Source: a virus (taxonomy: Duplodnaviria; Caudoviricetes). Taken from it: a DNA stretch of 64,000 bases. Position numbers and translations under genes: made by a program. Shown here one piece after another: positions 56,395 through 64,000 of the stretch (position 1 is the stretch's first letter; each line of letters begins with the position of its first letter). The stretch covers positions 96,001 through 160,000 of IMG/VR virus record IMGVR_UViG_3300031420_000495; one strand, 5' to 3'. Under the pieces are notes generated by a model, which was not told the origin of the DNA, did not search any database, and saw nothing but the letters and a program-made list of their open reading frames with translations.

Positions 56395-56787
56395 TTATTC
56401 GCCGTCGATGAAGGCCTTGTAGTCTTCCGGGACTTCGTTCGGCACGAGCGTGCAGTGGTCCAGAACCGACTTGGTACACGTGCGGCCAATCTCGAAGTCC
56501 GTGCCGAGGTGGACTTTGCCGAAGCCGAGGACGCCGATGCTCGAACGACCGCTCTCGTCGTGAATGGACGCGTCGTGTTCGGTGAGCATCAGCTCGGAAA
56601 AGCTGCCGCCGCCTTGCTTGCAGGCCTTGATCAGGTCTTTCGCTTCTTGCGAGATTTCGACTTCATCGGTGCGGATGACGCAGCCGAGTTGTCCGCCCGC
56701 GTTCGGGTCGTTCAGGAACTTGCCGTTCTCGTGATCGATTTCGACGCCGACGTTGCCTTTGTATGCGAAGATTTTTGCAGTGCTCAT
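56395..56787 (-). CDS. Hypothetical protein
   Basis: Start MSTAKIF, GGAG RBS. Confidence 0.65.
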   Translation of the reverse strand: MSTAKIFAYKGNVGVEIDHENGKFLNDPNAGGQLGCVIRTDEVEISQEAKDLIKACKQGGGSFSELMLTEHDASIHDESGRSSIGVLGFGKVHLGTDFEIGRTCTKSVLDHCTLVPNEVPEDYKAFIDGE

Positions 56788-57290
56788 TGTTGCTCCAGTT
56801 GTGACGGCTCTTTCTTGAGCCATCCGATTGAAAGAATGTATGTGGCGTTTCCAGTCCACAGCTGATTCAGGTGACGCATTGAATGCTTGTACAAGTCCGG
56901 TCGGAAGTACATGATCCTTCCGAACAACCACGACTTCGACGGACCTTGCACCGTCAAGTGATTGTCATACGGTTGCGTGCACCACACGAAGATGTTCACG
57001 CGATGATGGCCGTAACCTTCAACTGCAGGATCAGTGTGCTCGGGTATTGCCGAGCCGTCCATGATCTTCAGAAGATAACAGTCGAACTTGAATCGATGTG
57101 AGGTCGCCAACAGCATCTTGCTGTATCGAGCGTCTTGGCGACCTTTGTCCCATCGAAACCATTTCGGTTGCATGATGCCTTCGGCAATCATCTTGCGTTC
57201 TTCCTCTTTGTGTATGCTGCGGATCAGCAGGTGCTCACGCAAAAGCTGAACCACGCAGAATACGATGACGCCGAGAAAAATCAGGCCCAT
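56784..57290 (-). CDS. Membrane-anchored hypothetical protein
   Basis: Start MGLIFLG. Confidence 0.6.
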   Translation of the reverse strand: MGLIFLGVIVFCVVQLLREHLLIRSIHKEEERKMIAEGIMQPKWFRWDKGRQDARYSKMLLATSHRFKFDCYLLKIMDGSAIPEHTDPAVEGYGHHRVNIFVWCTQPYDNHLTVQGPSKSWLFGRIMYFRPDLYKHSMRHLNQLWTGNATYILSIGWLKKEPSQLEQQ

Positions 57291-57292
57291 GA

Positions 57293-57856
57293 TTAGAACA
57301 TGATGTTCAGGCCGACCAGAAGACCGATCACGATGCAGACGAACGACGCGATCATGTAGCCAACAGCCCACTCGTTGTCGATACTGCCCGACATGACGAA
57401 TTGTCGTTGTCGCAAGCCAAACAGCACCGGCTTGTATTCGTACGTTGCATTCGTGTACTTCTTCATCCGCAGCAGTACGACAGCCATTGTGAGGAAGAAC
57501 ACGACGATGCACCCACCGACGATCATGCCGATGATGTCCTTGCCGATCACCTTGTAGATGACGACGCCCATTGTCACGCGGCCGAGTGGTGTTGCCACGA
57601 ATTCGTTCGCAGCCATGCCGAGTTCTTTTGCTGCGCCGACTGCGGCCTTGCCCATGTTGCCGCCGAGTTCGACCCACTTCTCGGTTTCAGCGCGAGCCGT
57701 TGCCGAGATATTATCTGGCTTCTTTGCTTCCAGGTCTGCGACCATTTTCTGGACTTGAGCCTTTTGCTCGTCGCTCAGCTTCGAGTCGTCGATGGTTGCG
57801 GCGGATGCTGTGGCCATCAGCAGCGTGCTGGCCAGAATCATGAGGAACTTTTTCAT
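57293..57856 (-). CDS. Exported/membrane protein
   Basis: Signal peptide plus TM helices. Confidence 0.7.
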   Translation of the reverse strand: MKKFLMILASTLLMATASAATIDDSKLSDEQKAQVQKMVADLEAKKPDNISATARAETEKWVELGGNMGKAAVGAAKELGMAANEFVATPLGRVTMGVVIYKVIGKDIIGMIVGGCIVVFFLTMAVVLLRMKKYTNATYEYKPVLFGLRQRQFVMSGSIDNEWAVGYMIASFVCIVIGLLVGLNIMF

Positions 57857-58033
57857 TTAACCTTCCACGGTTGGGTACGTCAGTTTGTCGGAGTCGGTGG
57901 CATCACGGAGTTTGATCCAGCCGATGCCGACCCATTCTTTCAGCACACCATTGTGCACGATCATCGGATGCGTTTTCTCGCCGCCGTTGACCATGGCAAT
58001 GGTGCTGCACTTGCTCGCAGGAATCGTGTTCAT
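57857..58033 (-). CDS. Hypothetical protein
   Basis: ATGA-coupled start MNTIP. Confidence 0.55.
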   Translation of the reverse strand: MNTIPASKCSTIAMVNGGEKTHPMIVHNGVLKEWVGIGWIKLRDATDSDKLTYPTVEG

Positions 58034-58425
58034 ACGTACAAGAAGTTCGGATTCTTGCCGTCCCACAGCGCGATCGCGGACTCGAGCGCTTGCTTCGTGT
58101 GGAAGACTTGCGGAGTGCGCTTGTCGTAGTTGTACGGCCGCACGCCCAGGTCGCCGAGGTAGATGTACGACGCTTCGTCTTCGTAGTCGTAGCTTGCAGC
58201 ATGGAACTGGCGATCTTCTTGATTGACGTACGCAACCTTGATGCGATGGTACTTCCTGTCGACGTGACTGTCCACGATAACCAGCTCGACGGGCACGTAG
58301 CCTTTGGCACTTAGCGAGTAACCCGGCGCCCAGATACGCTGGCCCTCGATCAGATCGTCACCATGAACTTGCGTGGTCGAACGGCTGGAAATTTTGTTGA
58401 TGAATTCAGTTGCGCGGTTGGTCAT
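58030..58425 (-). CDS. Hypothetical protein
   Basis: GAGG RBS. Confidence 0.65.
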   Translation of the reverse strand: MTNRATEFINKISSRSTTQVHGDDLIEGQRIWAPGYSLSAKGYVPVELVIVDSHVDRKYHRIKVAYVNQEDRQFHAASYDYEDEASYIYLGDLGVRPYNYDKRTPQVFHTKQALESAIALWDGKNPNFLYV

Positions 58426-58436
58426 GTGTGCCTCGA

Positions 58437-58880
58437 TTAGAAAGGAGCCGGGGTTTGGATCAGCGTGCCGAAGCGGCTGTTGTTCAGCGACTGATTGGTC
58501 AGGCCGGCGCGAGCTTCGCGCGTGGTCACGATGCGCAGCGAGTTGTCGCTGGAGCGGCGGATGACCGTCTGGGTACCGGTGGTACGCGGCTTCATGCCGA
58601 CGATGATGGACTTGACGCCGCCGATCGTGGTTTCTTGCTTGTACAGGTCTTTGGTGTCGCGGTACTTGAGGATTTCCTGAACGTACTTCGGATCGAGACC
58701 TTCGAGCAGCGGGTCAGCGATGACGGCTTCGAGCGTGGCCTTGATCGACTCAGCGGTGTACTTGATGCCGCCCAGCTGGATCGTGATTCCGAATTCTTTT
58801 TCGACGTTAGCCAGTGCAGCGTCGATTGCTGCGCGAACGTTGGCCAGATTGTTTTTGTCGAAGGAGGTCAGTTTGGTCAT
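58437..58880 (-). CDS. Hypothetical protein
   Basis: Start MTKLTSF after the promoter at 58919. Confidence 0.7.
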   Translation of the reverse strand: MTKLTSFDKNNLANVRAAIDAALANVEKEFGITIQLGGIKYTAESIKATLEAVIADPLLEGLDPKYVQEILKYRDTKDLYKQETTIGGVKSIIVGMKPRTTGTQTVIRRSSDNSLRIVTTREARAGLTNQSLNNSRFGTLIQTPAPF

Positions 58881-58918
58881 GGTCTGCTTTCGTGAGAGTG
58901 TTTCGTTTCGATGGATAG

Positions 58919-58947
58919 ATAATACCCGAAACACCCTCACGTGCACA
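58919..58947 (-). promoter_or_regulatory. Promoter TGTGCA-N17-TATTAT
   Basis: Read directly. Confidence 0.72.
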
Positions 58948-58950
58948 CTG

Positions 58951-59400
58951 TTATTTCGCTTCTTTTGCAGCTTGTGCGTCGATTACTCGTTGACGAAGTT
59001 CGCTTGTCGAGAAATCGTGTTTGCGGCTGTTGAAGTAAAACTGCATTGGAATGTCGTGACCAGTGAATTCCTTGCCTTCATACTCGTCACCCAAAATTCG
59101 GATGTCGATTGGATAAGCCAGCAGCACGTCGCGCAAGTCTTTCTCAGTTGCGTACACGACGACTTCATCCACGTACTTGCACGCTTCAAGTTGAATGAAG
59201 CGTTCGACGACAGATTGCACTGGCTTGTTTTTGTTTGGTCGGTCGATGGTTGGATCGGTCTGCAAACCGACAATGAGGTATTCACATTGTCGCTTCGCTT
59301 CCCGAAGCATCATTACGTGCCCCGCATGAAAGAGGTCAAAACACGATGCCGTAAATCCGGTCCTAACGTGTTCGGCGGGCTTTTCCGAGAGTTTTGCCAT
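58951..59400 (-). CDS. Cytidylyltransferase, TagD (glycerol-3-phosphate) family
   Basis: FDLFHAGH (HxGH), GLQTD, ILGDEY, HDFSTSELR. Confidence 0.9.
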   Translation of the reverse strand: MAKLSEKPAEHVRTGFTASCFDLFHAGHVMMLREAKRQCEYLIVGLQTDPTIDRPNKNKPVQSVVERFIQLEACKYVDEVVVYATEKDLRDVLLAYPIDIRILGDEYEGKEFTGHDIPMQFYFNSRKHDFSTSELRQRVIDAQAAKEAK

Positions 59401-60023
59401 TTGATTCCTTCCTGAATCATGTTGATTGCTTTGTTGACATCATCGCCTGGAACTACAGCTTCCCAGACTTGCTTTGATTGCCACAGCCGTTCGTCGCCGG
59501 TGATCGACATCAAGCGGTCGCTGTGCGTCTTGACGATCTTCGCAATGCTTGCGTGCAGCTCTGCGAGTGTTTGACAGTCGAGCGCCTGCAAGTCCTGGGT
59601 GGTTCGTTCGTTGAGACGGTTGATCTTCGTCTTCTCTGGAACCGTCACGAACACCTTGAAGATGTCCCAGTTCTTGTCGCGGCAGTACTTGATGTACGAC
59701 TCGAGCCCTTGCGGTTCGAGGATGATGACCGGCGGCATGTTGCTGCGGTTTACTTTGTTTTCCATTTCGTCATGGGTCACGCCATAACGGTTACCGCGGA
59801 ACTCAGCGGTTTCGGCCAGTAGGCCTTCATGCTCGAGTCGATCAGCTTCTTCACGCGAGATGAAGTAGTAGTCGACGCCATGGACTTCGCCGGCACGCGG
59901 CTCACGAGTCGTGAAGCCGACGATACGATTCAGTCCGAGTTTTTCGAGATGTTCGATCAGATACGTCTTGCCCGAACATGTCGGTGCCGTAATCGTAATC
60001 AGTGTTGGATGGTTGAAGATCAT
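59313..60023 (-). CDS. Guanylate kinase-like protein
   Basis: APTCSGKT, FTTREPRAGEVHGVDYYF, GNRYG. Confidence 0.85.
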   Translation of the reverse strand: MIFNHPTLITITAPTCSGKTYLIEHLEKLGLNRIVGFTTREPRAGEVHGVDYYFISREEADRLEHEGLLAETAEFRGNRYGVTHDEMENKVNRSNMPPVIILEPQGLESYIKYCRDKNWDIFKVFVTVPEKTKINRLNERTTQDLQALDCQTLAELHASIAKIVKTHSDRLMSITGDERLWQSKQVWEAVVPGDDVNKAINMIQEGIKWQNSRKSPPNTLGPDLRHRVLTSFMRGT

Positions 60024-60853
60024 CGTTTGCCTTTATTGAAACCGTTCTCGAGTGAAAGCACGAGGTCGGTCATGTTCGCAGCATAGAAGCCGCACGAGTT
60101 GATGGTTCCGATTTCCACGACTTTCATTCCTTCTGGAGTCTCGCAGACGTCGAGGCACCACGCTTCATGTGGCATCCAACCATCGTTGGCCATGCTCAAT
60201 GTGATCGACGTTTGGTTGTTCTTCGTCTTCAGAATCATGTTGACGAAGCGGAACACGTGGTCATCTACATGAGGAGAATATATCACACGATCGCCGCGTT
60301 TATAAAGAGATTGCGTGACGATGCGATCTTTGACGATCCAGAAACGATACTCGGCGTAAATCTTCTTCGGCTTGCAGACTTGAATCAGCGTGTCCTTCGA
60401 CAGGCTCGTGCCGTCATCTTCTTCAAGTACGCAGACTTTCTTCTGCCACTCTTCGAACTCTGACTTGTCCATCACCGTACCTGCGAAGACTTTACTGTCT
60501 TCGATTGGACGGATGAACATGACATCTTCGGTGAAGACAGCATCTTCGAAACGGGAAACAACAGCATCAGCATTGAGCATGTACTGGCCCCAATGTTGCA
60601 TTTGCTTGTTGAAGTTCTGCGGTTCAAGATCGAATACGCCAGGACGCCAACCATTCTTTCTGGCAGCGTGACGCAATGAGTATGAACCCATGCAGATGAC
60701 GTTGTCGTCTTCAAGCACGGGTTCAGGTGTGATTTCGCCGATAAACGGGATCACTTTGTGAATCGAGTGCGGTATTTTGAACCGCACCAGAGTGTCAAGC
60801 AGCGTTTGGTACGCTGCTTCATTGAACAGATTGTCTTGGAGTATCCAGTGCAT
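60020..60853 (-). CDS. ATP-grasp domain protein (DUF4343/R2K-like)
   Basis: FIRP..KVFAG, EYRFWIV, CLDVC..KVVEI..INSCGFY. Confidence 0.8.
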   Translation of the reverse strand: MHWILQDNLFNEAAYQTLLDTLVRFKIPHSIHKVIPFIGEITPEPVLEDDNVICMGSYSLRHAARKNGWRPGVFDLEPQNFNKQMQHWGQYMLNADAVVSRFEDAVFTEDVMFIRPIEDSKVFAGTVMDKSEFEEWQKKVCVLEEDDGTSLSKDTLIQVCKPKKIYAEYRFWIVKDRIVTQSLYKRGDRVIYSPHVDDHVFRFVNMILKTKNNQTSITLSMANDGWMPHEAWCLDVCETPEGMKVVEIGTINSCGFYAANMTDLVLSLENGFNKGKR

Positions 60854-61266
60854 TATGCTTTCGCAGTCGTAGCGCGCGGACGCTTCGGCAGGACAACACC
60901 AGCGTCACGCATGTGGGCGGCATACCAACGCAGGCAGCCCACAGTGGTTTTGGCCGAAGGGAACTGATCCTTGACAGCGGCCAGGATTTCGTCGTACGAC
61001 AGGCCGGTCGCGCCATCAGCCTTGACCAGCAGGGCTTCAGCAACCGAGCGGATCGAGATTTTCTTCGGGGCGGTTTCTTTCACAACGATCTTGTTGCCGT
61101 TTTCGTCGAAGGTCTTGGCCAGGTCGATCTGCTTTTCAGCGGCGATCTTCATCAGACGCGCGACAGCTTTTGCGCGGGCGTTGAAGGTCTTGTTGGTAGC
61201 GGTGCCGCCCAGTGCGTTGATCATCGAAACCAGGGTAGCCATCGTGAAGTTGGTCAGGTTCGTCAT
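60853..61266 (-). CDS. Putative DNA-binding protein (C-terminal winged-HTH-like)
   Basis: IRSVAEALL..LSYDEILAAVKDQFP..LRWYAAHMR. Confidence 0.6.
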   Translation of the reverse strand: MTNLTNFTMATLVSMINALGGTATNKTFNARAKAVARLMKIAAEKQIDLAKTFDENGNKIVVKETAPKKISIRSVAEALLVKADGATGLSYDEILAAVKDQFPSAKTTVGCLRWYAAHMRDAGVVLPKRPRATTAKA

Positions 61267-61300
61267 TTTCGTTTACTCCGTAGTGTTTGTCGATGGATTC

Positions 61301-61329
61301 ATTATACATGAAACCCATTACGGAGCACA
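61301..61329 (-). promoter_or_regulatory. Promoter TGTGCT-N17-TATAAT
   Basis: Read directly. Confidence 0.75.
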
Positions 61330-61358
61330 GTACTTTGTGCAGGTATTTGAAAAATTTT

Positions 61359-61664
61359 TCAGATTTTCCAAATAGGCGACATCAAAATATTATCGATGGT
61401 CCATGCCGAATAATGCTTCTCGACAGGCGTGCCATTGACCTGCGTGTGCAGTTCAACGCTGTCACGATTTGCGAAGCCTTGAACACGTACCATCTCTTCG
61501 CCATTGACTGGGAAGTTTTCCGGAACAGCAAGAACGCCGCACACCATCATCAGCTTCATGCCTTTTGGCAAGTTATCCGGACGAGTATTCGTGTCGCGGA
61601 AGAACAGTTGACCAGTGACAAGAGGCTGTTGGCCTTCCATTGCCAATTCGATTAAGCGGCTCAT
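61359..61664 (-). CDS. Hypothetical protein
   Basis: ORF after the terminator. Confidence 0.6.
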   Translation of the reverse strand: MSRLIELAMEGQQPLVTGQLFFRDTNTRPDNLPKGMKLMMVCGVLAVPENFPVNGEEMVRVQGFANRDSVELHTQVNGTPVEKHYSAWTIDNILMSPIWKI

Positions 61665-61682
61665 AAGATTTCCGTAGATGTG

Positions 61683-61710
61683 AAAAGAGGATCATATCAG
61701 ATCCTCTTTT
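61683..61710. terminator. Bidirectional intrinsic terminator
   Basis: AAAAGAGGATC..GATCCTCTTTT. Confidence 0.8.
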
Positions 61711-61714
61711 TGTG

Positions 61715-61924
61715 TTACTGCTTTTCCGTGCGTTCAACGTGCTTCGCTGTCTCGATCATATCATCGAGCTTCCACGCAGAGTCTGTTAGCTTCACGGCAA
61801 TGCCGATGAAGTCAGATTCGTTTCGTGGAAACTGTTTCGCGTACTCATGCATTTTGTGATGCAGCGCGTAGAGTTGATCTTGAATCTCTGTCAGTTCTGT
61901 TGACGACGGATAAACATTACTCAT
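61715..61924 (-). CDS. Hypothetical protein
   Basis: Coupled ORF. Confidence 0.55.
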   Translation of the reverse strand: MSNVYPSSTELTEIQDQLYALHHKMHEYAKQFPRNESDFIGIAVKLTDSAWKLDDMIETAKHVERTEKQ

Positions 61925-62111
61925 TTGCTTCTTTCAGGTTGATGACTTCAACGAAGCTGTGACCGTCCAAACATGTGCCCACTGCTGGCGGCATTGGATC
62001 ACCTTTCAGGACGTACACAACTTGAGGATGCCGGCCATCGTGCGGAGTGCGAATGATCGCGTAATCCGCATCGATGTTACGTCCTGATTGTATCATCTCT
62101 TCGCGTGTCAT
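61917..62111 (-). CDS. Hypothetical protein
   Basis: Coupled ORF. Confidence 0.55.
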   Translation of the reverse strand: MTREEMIQSGRNIDADYAIIRTPHDGRHPQVVYVLKGDPMPPAVGTCLDGHSFVEVINLKEANE

Positions 62112-62326
62112 AGGAAAGCTTCTTTCGGGATTGCCGAAAGGAACTCAGGCAGATAGCCGACTTCCGATGTGTACTCGTACGAGACTTCGCGGGTCTCATA
62201 GCTTTCCAGGCCGAGGAAATAATCGCGCTTGACAGTGTGGTCTTGATTCACCAGTTCACCGTCGACGTACAATGCTTCCCAGTCATCGCAGTTTGTAACC
62301 AACACAGCTTTACGAGTTGTCATCAT
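62108..62326 (-). CDS. Hypothetical protein
   Basis: Start MMTTRK; DDWEALYVDGELV. Confidence 0.6.
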   Translation of the reverse strand: MMTTRKAVLVTNCDDWEALYVDGELVNQDHTVKRDYFLGLESYETREVSYEYTSEVGYLPEFLSAIPKEAFL

Positions 62327-62531
62327 TCTTCCTTTGCAGTTCAGCGATTTTGTCATGTGCGTGGTTCCGCACTTTCGGATCGGGGTGAAGCAGCCGTTCT
62401 ACGTACTGCTGCCAGCTTCGGCAGAGCATGAAAGCTTCGTGAACGTTCTTGCATTCACCCTGGAGATTGTGCAGATTGTCTTGCACAATCCAACCGCCAT
62501 CAGCGGTTGGACGGAAGTGGAAACGCTTCAT
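62310..62531 (-). CDS. Hypothetical protein
   Basis: Coupled ORF. Confidence 0.5.
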   Translation of the reverse strand: MKRFHFRPTADGGWIVQDNLHNLQGECKNVHEAFMLCRSWQQYVERLLHPDPKVRNHAHDKIAELQRKNDDNS

Positions 62532-62815
62532 TTGTCTCGCGCCTCGTCAAGTGCTTTGATTTCGGCAGGAGACAAGTACACGCTGCGGTCCGTGCCCTTG
62601 ACCATTATGCAACGCTGGCCTTTGCGTGGACCTGCTTTCGCTTCTCGGAAGACTGCACCAGTAACTTCCATGATGCAGCTTTCGCGGTCATCCAAGTCAC
62701 CGAGCCAGCCGAACTTGTAAAACAGAAAGTGCTCAGGAAGATTCTTCGCCTTTGCTCTGGCAGCAACTGCCACGTCCCACTTTTGGGTATCTTCGAGAAG
62801 TTTTCCCTTATCCAT
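62528..62815 (-). CDS. Hypothetical protein
   Basis: TAATG-coupled to glf. Confidence 0.6.
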   Translation of the reverse strand: MDKGKLLEDTQKWDVAVAARAKAKNLPEHFLFYKFGWLGDLDDRESCIMEVTGAVFREAKAGPRKGQRCIMVKGTDRSVYLSPAEIKALDEARDK

Positions 62816-64000
62816 TATTCCTCCGGTAATTCCTCACCGGCCAGGAACTTCCGAACGTAGGTGAGAGTCGAGTTGACACACGGAATCATGTCCGTGTAAA
62901 CATATCGACCGCAGCGACCGATGAAGTGGATTCCATCTGCCTTTGCGCGATCGCGGTACTTCTTATATAGTTCGCGGTTCGGATCGACGGCATGCGACGT
63001 CTTGACTGGGTAGTAACGCTCCATGTCGTTGTCTCGGTAATCGCACGGCTCTTCGACGGTCAGCGTCGTCCAGTAAGGATTGCCGCCGTGGGCCGGAAGC
63101 GATTTCCACTCGGTGATGCGGGTGTGTGGTCCGTCGTGTGTGAAGTTGACGACAGGAGCCGGCAAAGCTTTCGGGAGTGGGACGCTGTAGACGTGGCACT
63201 TGATCGAACGCCATGGGAGTTCGCCGAGGTCGCAGTTGTAGTAGGTGTCGATTGGTTCAGCAGTGAAGATTTCATCGAAATTTCCTTTCCATTCATCCGG
63301 CACATGAGTCAAATGACCACCGATTTTCATCGGGAACGTCGGCACAGTATCTGCGTTCAGAAGTTCTTCACGCGAGATATTCAACAGCACAGTGATGTTC
63401 GGGTGATCGAAAATCTTTTCGAACATCGCGGTGTAACCTTCAGCCGGCAAACACTGGTGCTTGTCTTTCGGGAAGTAATACTTGTCGTGATCCGTCTTCG
63501 TTGGAATGCGAGCAGCAACTGACGCAGGCAGGTCCGACAGGTCCATCTCCCACATCTTCTTCGTGTACGGCGCGAAGAAGAGTTCGGTCAGTTCTTTGCC
63601 GACCGACGACTCGACGTGTTCACGCGAGTTTGTGACATCTTCGGGCTTGATCTGTTCGCGCTTCATTTCCATGAAGGCTTCATACGCACGTGGCTTGTAG
63701 TAATAGCCATCGTCCATGTCTTCGTCTTGATAGCCCCAGTATTCTTGGGTTGCGTTCTTACCGCATTGCACGAAGTTACTGAACTCTTTGCCGAACACGT
63801 CACGGATTGTTTGCGCGTTGATCGGCAGCGGAGTGTACCGGCCATCAGGCAGCAGAGCTTGTACCCAGTGTTTGTACGGAACCCATTCAGTAAACTGCGA
63901 CGCCCATTCTTGGGCCATGTCGGAATTGCCGTGCCACAGGTGCGGGCCGTACTTGTGAACACGAATGCCGTGTTCATTGATGTAGTCGTATGCGTTACCA
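62815..64000 (-). CDS. glf: UDP-galactopyranose mutase (5' end outside the window)
   Basis: GNAYD..VHKYGPHLWH, YTKKMW, LPAEGYT, WRSI, TRITEWK, RYYPV, FIGRCGRYVYTDM; frame stays open to the window edge. Confidence 0.92.
   Translation of the reverse strand, partial: GNAYDYINEHGIRVHKYGPHLWHGNSDMAQEWASQFTEWVPYKHWVQALLPDGRYTPLPINAQTIRDVFGKEFSNFVQCGKNATQEYWGYQDEDMDDGYYYKPRAYEAFMEMKREQIKPEDVTNSREHVESSVGKELTELFFAPYTKKMWEMDLSDLPASVAARIPTKTDHDKYYFPKDKHQCLPAEGYTAMFEKIFDHPNITVLLNISREELLNADTVPTFPMKIGGHLTHVPDEWKGNFDEIFTAEPIDTYYNCDLGELPWRSIKCHVYSVPLPKALPAPVVNFTHDGPHTRITEWKSLPAHGGNPYWTTLTVEEPCDYRDNDMERYYPVKTSHAVDPNRELYKKYRDRAKADGIHFIGRCGRYVYTDMIPCVNSTLTYVRKFLAGEELPEE

Noticed and set aside
56784-57677. 297 aa ORF as given in the track
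   Set aside because: Its 5' part overlaps 57293-57856 out of frame; the real start is probably ATG 57290
1-64000. tRNA genes, CRISPR array or mini-array, integrase/IS elements
   Set aside because: Intergenic gaps are short and explained by promoters and terminators; the three-copy repeat is dispersed rather than arrayed; no T-loop/cloverleaf or transposase motifs were seen
1-64000. Stop-codon reassignment
   Set aside because: Conserved enzymes are full length under the standard code and coding density is high

Overview
64 kb of a large, T4-related (jumbo-like) lytic bacteriophage genome. Nearly all genes are on the minus strand; only two are on the plus strand. Core genes: DnaB/gp41-like helicase (partial), primase, RNase H/5' nuclease, sliding clamp, family B DNA polymerase, DsbA, both type II topoisomerase subunits, thymidylate synthase, and late tail-fibre/structural genes preceded by T4-type TAAATA late promoters. 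Accessory genes: GH1-RmlD fusion, UDP-galactopyranose mutase (partial), TagD-like cytidylyltransferase, two nucleotide kinases, PhoH, ClpP, GroES, two J-domain proteins, Tpt1/KptA, Rnl1 RNA ligase, macrodomain, SLOG protein, Pth2-like protein, ATP-grasp protein and a lytic transglycosylase. The most unusual items are: (1) a MazG pyrophosphatase fused to an intact acyl carrier protein; (2) ten promoters with a non-canonical -35 (TGTRCW) exactly 17 bp from a TATAAT-type -10, all driving orphan genes; (3) an AAA+ ATPase with a SprT metalloprotease inserted between Walker A and Walker B; (4) a possible fungal-type RNA repair route (Rnl1 + Tpt1 + macrodomain); (5) a 22-34 bp sequence repeated next to three different terminators. 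No tRNA, CRISPR array, intein or integrase was seen. All family assignments come from motif recognition by eye; no database search was run.
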